Shown one piece after another: positions 7,932 to 16,231 of a stretch of DNA of 64,000 nucleotides. The position numbers were made by a program, and so were the translations under genes. The DNA lies in NCBI GenBank assembly GCA_964456165.1, contig CAYWBJ010000424.1:922-64921 (forward strand). The letters run 5' to 3'. The notes below the pieces were generated by a model. That model searched no databases. It saw only the letters and a program-made list of their open reading frames with translations, and was not told the origin of the DNA. Numbering within the stretch: the first letter of the stretch is position 1; every line of letters starts with the position of its first letter. Origin of the DNA: an uncultured Gemmatimonadaceae bacterium. Lineage in GTDB: Bacteria > Latescibacterota > UBA2968 > UBA8231.

Positions 7932-9875
7932 ATGTCGCGTCTGATGCGAAGGTCCGCATACGTTCCCTCGTTACCATCCGCTCGAAGCCGACTTCATCTT
8001 GACTCCGCCCTGATGTTGTGCCTGTGCCTGTGGCTGGCGACACCACTCGAAGGGCTTACCGTCTACCGCTTTGGTGGCGAGGATCTGCCGCCGCCACCGG
8101 GAGACTTCGTGCAGCTGGGCTGGGAGGATCTGGACGCGCGGAATCACGGGGCAGCGGTGGGCATCCTGATGGATAGCGAATCGATCGCGCCGATCCGCTT
8201 CTCTCCCGACACCAACCTGCTTCCCCTCATGCATCAGTGGGGTGGCGTGGTGAAGTACTGGGACTCCCTGGACGCCTACTCGGGTTTCATGCCTTTCCCC
8301 GCCGAAGGCTCGGAGGCCCACATCGCCGACGGCGACCCGGAGACGGCGTTTCTGGGCAAATCGCGCGGCGGTCATCGCGTGTTCGCGTTTTGGTTCATCG
8401 ACCTGGGTGTTCCCATCCCCATTCAGCGGATCCGCATCTTCGCGCGCGAGCGATTCGCTTCCCAGCATCTTCTGCACTGGTTCGAGCTCTACGGAGCGGC
8501 CCGTCCGGATCAGTTCACGCATGTCAGCGATACCGGCGGCGCCGAGCTTATTTTCGAGACCAAGAAGAACTTCGACCCGCATTTCGAGCTCGAGCTTCGC
8601 GACACTCCGACTCGCGAGCTCGCCCTCTGGGTGCGACCGCCCACTTTCAAGCCCTGGGAAATCGCCGAAATTGAAGTCTACAGCTCCGGCTTCATTCCCG
8701 AAGCCCGCTACCGCACCAACGTCCTCGACTTCGGCACCGCCGCAAACATCGGCTCGATCGAGTGGTCCGGTGAGACCGGCCCGGGCGCTAGCATCGAAGT
8801 GAGGGCGCGCACCGGCGACGACGACGACCCCAATGCCTACTTTCGCCGGACCTACAGGGGTGAGGAGGAAGTCGGCTACGGAACCGACGGCGTGGCGCTG
8901 AGCCGGGACGGCTACGAGGACCTGGAGCTGAGCGAGCTGGGCGCGATCGGCTTCGACGCAGAGAACTGGACGTTGTGGAGTGGTCCGGTCGACTCCGCAG
9001 CCGGTCCCACGGCGCTGGAGAGTCGGCCGCAACGCTTCGCGCAACTCGACGTCACAATGCGGTCCACCGTCGCCGGCGCCGGCCGGCTCGACCACCTGCA
9101 GTTCGCCGCCTCGCCGGCTCTGGCCACCCGGCTCGTGGCCGAAATCGAGCCAGGGGTGGCCGCTGCCGGAACCGCGACAACCTTCGCGTTCCGCTTCAGA
9201 CCACAGCTGGAACCCGAGGATCCCGGTTTCGACACCATCGCCATCGACACGCCGGCCCCGCCCCTGGCGGTCGAGGGGGTAGCGATCGGCGGCAGGGCGA
9301 CCGACTTTGACCTGGTCCGCCTCGATAGCACCGGCTTTGCCGTCCGCCTGCCCACCCACATTGACGTTGCCGAAACCATGGAGCTGATCGAAATCGGGTT
9401 CGTGGCAGAGGTCTTCGAGTATGGCGCCGCCTTCGAGAGCCGCGTCTTTGACAGTGCGCAGCCGGACGAACTGCCGCAGCCGATCATTCCCGGCGACGCC
9501 GATGAGCTGACGGACAGCAACAGCCTCCGGGTGGCCCTGGCCGACATTCCTGACCAGGCCATCCATGCCTTCCGCCTTTCGGCCGGCGCCTTCACGCCCA
9601 ACGGCGACGGAGTGAATGACCTGGTGCGCGTTGAGTACGAGGTGCTCAATCTGCGTGGCGGCACACCTCTCGCCGTGACGATCTACGACCTGGCCGGACG
9701 CCGGATCGCCGCACTCGATGCCGGACAAGTCAACAATGGACGCGGACATGTCGATTGGGATGGCACTGGCAGCGATGGGCTCCCGGTGCCACCAGGCATC
9801 TACGTGGTCGAGGGCGGCCTGCAGACTGACGCGGGCGACGAGAGCACCAGCCGCGCGGTGGCCGTCGTCTACTGA
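7932..9875 (+). CDS. secreted protein with discoidin-like segment and C-terminal FlgD-Ig/CHU_C-like domain
   Basis: In-frame ATG at 7932 (alternative 8013) within ORF 7278-9875, after the end of the antisense gene. Hydrophobic N-terminus ALMLCLCLWLATPLEG. HIADGDPETAFLG...IQRIRIFAR...WEIAEIEVY resembles galactose-binding/discoidin domains. C-terminus FTPNGDGVNDLVRVEY...IYDLAGRRI...WDGTGSDGLPVPPGIYVV is typical of FlgD-Ig / gliding-motility C-terminal domains. Confidence 0.75.
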   Translation: MSRLMRRSAYVPSLPSARSRLHLDSALMLCLCLWLATPLEGLTVYRFGGEDLPPPPGDFVQLGWEDLDARNHGAAVGILMDSESIAPIRFSPDTNLLPLMHQWGGVVKYWDSLDAYSGFMPFPAEGSEAHIADGDPETAFLGKSRGGHRVFAFWFIDLGVPIPIQRIRIFARERFASQHLLHWFELYGAARPDQFTHVSDTGGAELIFETKKNFDPHFELELRDTPTRELALWVRPPTFKPWEIAEIEVYSSGFIPEARYRTNVLDFGTAANIGSIEWSGETGPGASIEVRARTGDDDDPNAYFRRTYRGEEEVGYGTDGVALSRDGYEDLELSELGAIGFDAENWTLWSGPVDSAAGPTALESRPQRFAQLDVTMRSTVAGAGRLDHLQFAASPALATRLVAEIEPGVAAAGTATTFAFRFRPQLEPEDPGFDTIAIDTPAPPLAVEGVAIGGRATDFDLVRLDSTGFAVRLPTHIDVAETMELIEIGFVAEVFEYGAAFESRVFDSAQPDELPQPIIPGDADELTDSNSLRVALADIPDQAIHAFRLSAGAFTPNGDGVNDLVRVEYEVLNLRGGTPLAVTIYDLAGRRIAALDAGQVNNGRGHVDWDGTGSDGLPVPPGIYVVEGGLQTDAGDESTSRAVAVVY

Positions 9876-9905
9876 CCGCTTCTCAACCGGCGTTCATGAC
9901 CTGCC

Positions 9906-9922
9906 CTGCAGACGAGCTGCAG
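9906..9922 (+). terminator. candidate hairpin terminator after 7932-9875
   Basis: CTGCAG-acgag-CTGCAG (6-bp stem, 5-nt loop) 30 nt after the stop. No U-tract. Confidence 0.25.
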
Positions 9923-10206
9923 CGGCGGCACAGCACGCCCTGCGGCGGCGCGCCACGCCCCCGCGTGGAGAGCGCCCCCCATGGCTGGAGCAGACGCGGG
10001 TGATAGGCGTGGAGGGTGCGCAGGCCTACCTGCCGATCGCCCACAACGATCCGCCGGGGATCTGGCACATCGAAGTCATCGACCTCTATACCGACACAGC
10101 AACCCGGGTCGAGCTGGAGGTCCGGTAGCCAGAAACGCGTTTCAGCTGTCTGCCGCCTGGAGGCATGCCACCGCTGGGGCCAGGCTATTTCACGAGGTAA
10201 ATCTGT

Positions 10207-11352
10207 ATGAAGATCACCGATGTGAAGGTCGCGGTTCTGGATGGCTACAAGGTCTGGAACTACGTGAAGATCGAGACCGACGAGGGGCTTTCGGGGCTGG
10301 GCGAGGCCTACCCCGGAGAAGGGGTCGCCGACCTGGTGCTGAGCTGGCTCCGGCCCCTGCTCGTCGACGCCAATCCCCTCGACGTCGAGCCGCTCTTCCA
10401 CCGCATGATCGACCGCGCCATCGGACACGCCGCCGGGGGGACCATGATGGCGGCCATCGGTGGGGTCGAGGCGGCGCTGTGGGATGTGTCCGGCCAGGCG
10501 CTGGACGTGCCGATCTATCAGCTGCTGGGAGGCAAGTACCGGGACCGGATCCGGCTCTACGCCGATGTGGGTCGGGGATCAGGAGGTGTGGACACGCCCG
10601 AGGCCTGGGGACAACGGGCCCGCGAAGGGGTTGCGGACGGGTTCGGCGCGATCAAGTTCGATATCAACGGCGCGGCGGACGAGTTCCGCCTCGACCCGGT
10701 GAACCGGGGTCTGAGTCTGGGAGAGCTGGAGAAGATGACGGCGCTGGTGGCCGCGGTACGGGATGCCGTCGGCGGCGGGATCGATGTGTGCATCGACTGC
10801 CACTCGATCTACGGCGTGCGGGAGGCCATCCTACTGGCCCAGCACCTGGCTCCCTTCGACCTGATGTTTCTAGAGGACCCGGTGCCGCCCGAGAACATCG
10901 AGGCCATGGGCAAGGTGACCGCCGGGGCTCCGATGCCTATCTGCACCGGCGAGTTCCTCCATCGCCGGAGCGGCTTCCAGCAGCTGATCATGCAGCAGGC
11001 CTGCGACATGTTGCACGTGGACGTCTCCGGCACCGGGGGCCTGCTGGAGGCCAAGAAGATTGCTGACCTGGCCGACCTCTATTACATGCCCTTTGCCGCC
11101 CACAACGTCACCTCGCCGGTGGGACTCACCGCCGCGGCCCACGTGTGCGCGGCGGTGCGCAATCTGCACTCGATGGAGCTGCCCTACCACGAGGACCAGA
11201 TCGACTGGCGCTGGGACCTGGTGCGGGCGGACGAGCCGCTGGTGCAGGGAGGCGAGTTCGTGGTGCCGCAGAAACCGGGTCTCGGCATCGAGCTGAACGA
11301 GGACCTGTGCCGCGCCCACATACGACCTGGCAGCGGGTTCTTCGACGGATGA
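10207..11352 (+). CDS. enolase-superfamily dehydratase (mandelate racemase/muconate lactonizing family; galactonate/mannonate-dehydratase-like)
   Basis: MKITDVKVAVLDGYKVWNYVKIETDEGLSGLGEA capping domain. Metal-ligand pattern IDCH...FLEDP...CTGE. Conserved AALWDVSGQALDVPIYQLLGGKYRD. Confidence 0.9.
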   Translation: MKITDVKVAVLDGYKVWNYVKIETDEGLSGLGEAYPGEGVADLVLSWLRPLLVDANPLDVEPLFHRMIDRAIGHAAGGTMMAAIGGVEAALWDVSGQALDVPIYQLLGGKYRDRIRLYADVGRGSGGVDTPEAWGQRAREGVADGFGAIKFDINGAADEFRLDPVNRGLSLGELEKMTALVAAVRDAVGGGIDVCIDCHSIYGVREAILLAQHLAPFDLMFLEDPVPPENIEAMGKVTAGAPMPICTGEFLHRRSGFQQLIMQQACDMLHVDVSGTGGLLEAKKIADLADLYYMPFAAHNVTSPVGLTAAAHVCAAVRNLHSMELPYHEDQIDWRWDLVRADEPLVQGGEFVVPQKPGLGIELNEDLCRAHIRPGSGFFDG

Positions 11353-11368
11353 GTCGCCCCGGAGCCGG

Positions 11369-13165
11369 TCACCAGGGTAGCGCGTACGAGGGCTTGTTGC
11401 AGTATCTCTCCATGCCAAGGCGCAGGTCGATCTCGCTCGCCGGTCGCAACTCCACCGCCAGATAGGTATCGTCAACCGCCGCGGCCGTCTCGTTTCCGTC
11501 CGCTCGCACCGAAGAGAACCGGTGCTCGCCGAAGCTGCCGGCAGCGATGAGAGCCCGCCGTGTCCGCGACGGGCTCAGGTTCACCAGGGTCAGTTCCGCC
11601 CCGTCCGCCGAAACACCCGAGACCAGCGCGGCAACGTCTTCGGGCAGGCCGGGGCGCCGGCGGTCAAGGTCGAAATGGCGCACCCGTCCCTGAGCCAGCC
11701 CGCCCCAGTAGATCGTCTGCGGACCGCCCGTGGTCAGATGGGTCAGCGCCTCGACGTGGACCGGGTTGCGATCCTGCCAGTGGTGCTCATGGACCTGGGT
11801 CAGATCCGCATCGTCCCGCATGACCTCATCCAGGCGGCGGCAGACCTCCCGGTAGTTGGACTGCAGCACCCGCTCCGGGTAGTCTGGCATCTGGCCGGCC
11901 AGGTAGCGCGTCCAGGCGCGATCGTCGGCGAACCGTACCGTGTTCGATCGCGGTTCCAGCCACTCCTCTTCACTGCCGCGGCGGATGCGCTCGAGCATGG
12001 TCTTATCCCGATCCTCCATTGAAGCCGCCCAGAGGTGGATTGCGTAGTCCGCCCGCATCGGCGAGAAGATCCATTCACCGTCCAGGTACCGACCGGGGAT
12101 AAGGAGCTTCCCCTCCTCCTCCACCGCACGCTCGAGGAAGTCGTGCAGATGGGTGCGCAAAAGCTGCAGGTAGCGGTCGTCGCCGGTGAGCAGGTGGGCG
12201 CATTCGGCGGCAATCGCCAGGCCATTGGTGATGATGAACGGCGCGAACTTGCTAGGCCAGCCGTAGAAGCCGCCCCACCACTCACCATTGCGGTACTCAC
12301 CGATCTTGCCGGTCCGTCCCACGTTGTCCGGAATGATGCCGCCATTTTTCTCCATGCGCTCTATCCAGGTCTCGGTGTATTCGAGCACCCAGTCGCGGAA
12401 TTTCGCCTCCCCGGTGTAGAGATAGGCATGGGTCACCATAGCGGTAGCGGTCAGGTTGAGCGGGATGTCCTCCCGCATCAGCACCCGGTCGTAGTTCTCG
12501 CGCACCTGCCTGGTCAACGCCTCGTCTTCGAACCAGCGCTCGGGCAGCCTTCCAGGTCCGAGGGTCGACTCGGGCCCCAGGTTCGCGCTCCGGTTCCCCA
12601 GGTGATACGTCATCATGCCCAGGGGAAAGTGGACCATGGGTCCCCGGCTGCCGCTGAACGGGGAGGGAATGACCCGGTGAACCGGATCGTAGTTTGGAAC
12701 CTGGTCATCCTCGCCGATGTACCAGCCCGCGAACCGCCGCGCCCTGGCTTCCATGCCGGCCAGGCCGGGGGTGGCCATACCCAGGTTGTACAGGTAGATG
12801 TAGTTCTCGCCGTTGTGAAACCAGTCGCAGGCGTTGACGAACTCGTCGGTGACCTGGTCCAGGTCGACCAGCTGGCGGGTGATGGCGTTCCACTCCCGGC
12901 CGGCCATCTCGCCCGCGTAGTTGCCGCCGCCCAGGGCGTAGTAGTGCGGCCAGTTGAAAAAGGCTTCGTAGAGATCGTCGGCCCACCCGTTGTCTTCGTC
13001 CTGCGGGCCCGTCCTCCAGATCAGCTCACCGCCGGGATGGGTGTATTTGTCGAGGAAGATGGGTGCGGCCTCGTCGATCGCGGCGATGAGCTGCCGCTGC
13101 AGCACCGCCCAGGTGGGCGCGTCGGTTTGCTTTCGGCTTTCGAGACAGACGCGTTGAACGGTCAT
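11369..13165 (-). CDS. uncharacterised ~600-aa protein, paralogue 1 of an unknown (probably helical, glycan-active) family
   Basis: ATG at 13165 inside ORF 11369-13357 (MTVQRVCLESRK...). Collinear with 16232-18190: NLTATAMVTHAYLYTGEAKFRDWVLEYTETWIERM, GGIIPDNVGRTGK, RRPGLPEDVAALV, AGSFGEH, YLAVELRP, KPSYALPW. No signal peptide. Confidence 0.75.
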   Translation of the reverse strand: MTVQRVCLESRKQTDAPTWAVLQRQLIAAIDEAAPIFLDKYTHPGGELIWRTGPQDEDNGWADDLYEAFFNWPHYYALGGGNYAGEMAGREWNAITRQLVDLDQVTDEFVNACDWFHNGENYIYLYNLGMATPGLAGMEARARRFAGWYIGEDDQVPNYDPVHRVIPSPFSGSRGPMVHFPLGMMTYHLGNRSANLGPESTLGPGRLPERWFEDEALTRQVRENYDRVLMREDIPLNLTATAMVTHAYLYTGEAKFRDWVLEYTETWIERMEKNGGIIPDNVGRTGKIGEYRNGEWWGGFYGWPSKFAPFIITNGLAIAAECAHLLTGDDRYLQLLRTHLHDFLERAVEEEGKLLIPGRYLDGEWIFSPMRADYAIHLWAASMEDRDKTMLERIRRGSEEEWLEPRSNTVRFADDRAWTRYLAGQMPDYPERVLQSNYREVCRRLDEVMRDDADLTQVHEHHWQDRNPVHVEALTHLTTGGPQTIYWGGLAQGRVRHFDLDRRRPGLPEDVAALVSGVSADGAELTLVNLSPSRTRRALIAAGSFGEHRFSSVRADGNETAAAVDDTYLAVELRPASEIDLRLGMERYCNKPSYALPW

Positions 13166-13252
13166 ATTGATCCCTTTCCATCTCCGTTTTGTTAGATTGC
13201 CGTTGGCTGCCCCGCAGCCCTCCCAATCATCCACAACACACGTGAGGCCAGG

Positions 13253-14863
13253 ATGCCCGCACCAGATACCTGCCGCTACAAGTTCCTCGTCATCGACGAT
13301 CGCGACCTGCTGGAGGCCGACAATCTCCAGCGCGTGGTAAATCCGGCCGTCAAGCATCCCGAGCCCGTCCTCGAGCTCGATGCGCCATGGGACACTGAGC
13401 CCATGGAGATGCTCAACTACACCAACGTGCTCTACGATCCCGAGGAACAGCTATTCAGGATGTGGTACGTCGTGATCGGCCAGCGCCCCGACGAATACTG
13501 GGAGCGCGGCCGCAAGACCGCCTACGCCACCAGCACCGACGGCATTCACTGGGACCGGCCGGTGATGAACATGGTGGAGATTAACGGCTCCACCGAGAAC
13601 AACTACATCATCGGCGAAATGCTGTCGATGAGCTACACCATCATTGACGATTTTACCGATCGGCCCAGCCGGCGCTACAAGATGATCTTCCAGGTCGAGA
13701 GCCAGGAGTCGCGCTGGGCCCGGTACCACCTACCGCTCTCGCTGGCCTACTCCGCCAACGGCATCAATTGGGTGCGCCCGACCCACGTAAATCCGATCCT
13801 GCGCGGGGTCAGCGACGGCGGCTGGAGCTTCATCTACGACCGGGATCGGCGCACGTACCAGCTGTACACGCGCCGCGTCCCCAACCTGCCGCGCGACATC
13901 TCGCTCTACGAGAGCACCGACCTGATCAACTGGGAGGACAAGGGCCGCATCCTGGTGCCGGGCGACGACTACGATCCACCCGAGCTCTTCAACTTTCAGG
14001 GCCTGACGCCGTTCTTCTACGGCGATTTCTGCCTGGCCGTGCTCAACACCCAGTACTCGCTGCCGACCAGTGAGACATACGAGGTCTTCTACGAGCCACC
14101 GGCCGAGTGGGCCGACCGCAAGCTCGGCCATGTCGATGTGCAGCTGGCCTACAGTCGGGACGGGCGGAACTGGCTGCGCCCGGACGACCGCTCGCCCCTG
14201 ATCCCCAACGGCGGTCCGGGGTCGCCGGATGAGGGCACCATCTTCATCCCGTCGGCCAATCCCTTCACCGTGGACGGCGACACCTACATCTATTACACTG
14301 CCGTCCGCTACCAGCACAACGACCGCGGCCAACGGGCCTACATGAAGGCGCACGACTACGACATGCGGAGAGCGGTTTCCATAATGCTGGCGAAGATGCC
14401 GGAGGATCACTGGATCTCGCTGGATGCCGGCGATGCGGAGGGCTCGTTTACCTGCAAGGCGTGGGGGCCGCCGCACGAGGTCTTCGTGAACGCCGACGCG
14501 GCCGGGGGTGAGATCACCGCCGAGCTGGTGACGCCGTACGGTGAGCCGGTGCCCGGCTGCACGCGCGCGGACTGCGTCCCAATCACGGGCGACGGCAAGG
14601 ACCAGCAGGTGCACTGGCCGGCGGTCCCACATCCGTGGGACAGGCAGGCCGACTATCTGGGCGGCGTAATGGTGCGTTTCTATCTGCGCAACGCCAAGCT
14701 CTACTCCTACACGTTCACGCTCCCGGATCCCACCGGCGAGCTCGAGCTGGAGCGCCAGAATGCCCGCTGGACCGATCACATCCGCCATCGCTCCGACAGC
14801 TGGGATCGCGCTTCCCACGAACCCGCCACCGGCGTGCCACCGCGTTCCGACTCACCCATCTGA
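13253..14863 (+). CDS. glycoside-hydrolase-like five-bladed beta-propeller with C-terminal beta-sandwich (GH32/43-clan-like), paralogue 1
   Basis: 536 aa. Repeated blade signatures TSTDGIHWDRP, YSANGINWVRP, ESTDLINWEDKG, YSRDGRNWLRP. Shares NGSTENN, RRYKMIF and overall collinearity with 33367-34821. No signal peptide. Confidence 0.75.
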   Translation: MPAPDTCRYKFLVIDDRDLLEADNLQRVVNPAVKHPEPVLELDAPWDTEPMEMLNYTNVLYDPEEQLFRMWYVVIGQRPDEYWERGRKTAYATSTDGIHWDRPVMNMVEINGSTENNYIIGEMLSMSYTIIDDFTDRPSRRYKMIFQVESQESRWARYHLPLSLAYSANGINWVRPTHVNPILRGVSDGGWSFIYDRDRRTYQLYTRRVPNLPRDISLYESTDLINWEDKGRILVPGDDYDPPELFNFQGLTPFFYGDFCLAVLNTQYSLPTSETYEVFYEPPAEWADRKLGHVDVQLAYSRDGRNWLRPDDRSPLIPNGGPGSPDEGTIFIPSANPFTVDGDTYIYYTAVRYQHNDRGQRAYMKAHDYDMRRAVSIMLAKMPEDHWISLDAGDAEGSFTCKAWGPPHEVFVNADAAGGEITAELVTPYGEPVPGCTRADCVPITGDGKDQQVHWPAVPHPWDRQADYLGGVMVRFYLRNAKLYSYTFTLPDPTGELELERQNARWTDHIRHRSDSWDRASHEPATGVPPRSDSPI

Positions 14864-14884
14864 GGTTACAAGGACTGGGCAGAA

Positions 14885-16132
14885 ATGTCGAGAGATGAAT
14901 TAAAAACCATGTTGCTGCGGGAGATCGACGCCAGGATGCCTGAATTCGAGGCGCTGCTGGGGGACTTGGTCCGCATTCCCACCGACAACCCTCCGGGCGA
15001 CACGACCGCCTGCGTCTCGTTCCTGGCAGAGTACCTCAAGGCGAGGGGATTGCCGGCCGACATCTACGAGCCGCAGCCGACCCTCCAGAGCATCGTCTCC
15101 TACTGCGTCGGCTCGAAGAGTGGCCGCAACCTGGTTCTCAACGGCCACCTCGATCAATTTCCGGCCGGCGACCCGAAGGCCTGGTCCTTCGATCCCTACT
15201 CGGGAGAATCACGCGACGGCAGGATCCTGGGCAGAGGGGTGGGCGACATGAAGGCCGGCTCGATCGCTTCCCTGATCTGCCTGCTGCTGATCCACGAACT
15301 GGAGGTCCCCATCGAGGGGCAGCTAACCCTGGCTCTGGTCGCGGACGAAGAGGCGGGCAGCCGATGGGGCGTGCGCTGGCTGCTGGAGAACGTGCCCCAC
15401 ACGCGAGGGGACGCCTGCCTCAACAGCGAGCCAACCCTGCTCGATCAGGTCCTGATCGGACACCGGGGCATGTACTGGCTGAAGGTGACGACCCACCATC
15501 CCGGCGGCTGGGCGGGAAACCCAGCCGCGGACGACGCGATCAGCAGGGCGATGCTGGTCGCCGAGGCAGTCAGAAAACTGCAGGGGTGGAAGGTGGACCC
15601 ACCGCCGGCGATGGCACCGGCAATCGAGCGGGCAAAGCGGAAGATGGATAAGGACGCTGGCTGGATAGTCGACTCCACCACCGTGAATGTCGGCACCGTG
15701 CACGGAGGAACGCAGCCCAACACGATCCCGGCGCACTGCTCGCTGGTCATCGACATTCGTCCCCCCATCGGCATCACCACCTCCCAGGTCGAGGAGAGGG
15801 TGGAGGAAGCGATTCGGGAGACCGGTCTGAAACGGGAGGAGATCTCCCTGGAATGGCTGCTCGACTTCGAGCCCTCCTACTGCTCGCCGGAAGACGAGAT
15901 CGTGAAGCTGACCGCGGCCAACGCTCGTGCAATAACAGGGCGGGAGATCGAGGTCAACGCCAGCCCCGGCTCCACCGACACCCGGCTGTGGTGGGCGCGG
16001 GGAATCCCGGCAGTCGTCTACGGCACCGGGGCAGAGAACGTGGCCGCCCCCGACGAATGGGTGTCGGCGCAGGAGTTCCGCGACGTCATCCAGGTGCATG
16101 CGGCGACGGCCGTCGACTATCTGTGTGCCTGA
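14885..16132 (+). CDS. M20 family metallopeptidase/deacylase (ArgE/DapE/ACY1-like)
   Basis: Metal-site motifs NGHLDQFP, GRGVGDMKAG, LVADEEAG. 415 aa, with inserted dimerisation-domain length typical of ArgE/DapE. 21 bp after the upstream gene. Confidence 0.85.
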   Translation: MSRDELKTMLLREIDARMPEFEALLGDLVRIPTDNPPGDTTACVSFLAEYLKARGLPADIYEPQPTLQSIVSYCVGSKSGRNLVLNGHLDQFPAGDPKAWSFDPYSGESRDGRILGRGVGDMKAGSIASLICLLLIHELEVPIEGQLTLALVADEEAGSRWGVRWLLENVPHTRGDACLNSEPTLLDQVLIGHRGMYWLKVTTHHPGGWAGNPAADDAISRAMLVAEAVRKLQGWKVDPPPAMAPAIERAKRKMDKDAGWIVDSTTVNVGTVHGGTQPNTIPAHCSLVIDIRPPIGITTSQVEERVEEAIRETGLKREEISLEWLLDFEPSYCSPEDEIVKLTAANARAITGREIEVNASPGSTDTRLWWARGIPAVVYGTGAENVAAPDEWVSAQEFRDVIQVHAATAVDYLCA

Positions 16133-16231
16133 ACGCACCCGGCATGTTGATTCCGGCCCCCCCGTGAGGGCATGCCGCGCCGTAATGCGGCTGCCGTCCC
16201 GACTTTGACGGTATATCGAGGAGATTGACGC

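Noticed and set aside
7971-9749. 592-aa minus-strand ORF antisense to the secreted discoidin/FlgD-Ig protein.
   Set aside because: Low-complexity Arg/Gly/Ala composition typical of high-GC antisense frames. The sense frame has domain signatures and a signal-like N-terminus.
9981-11066. 361-aa plus-strand ORF overlapping the enolase-family gene in another frame.
   Set aside because: Arg/Gly/Pro-dominated (RRGGCAGLPADRPQRSAGD...). The alternative frame, 10207-11352, has full enolase-superfamily motifs.
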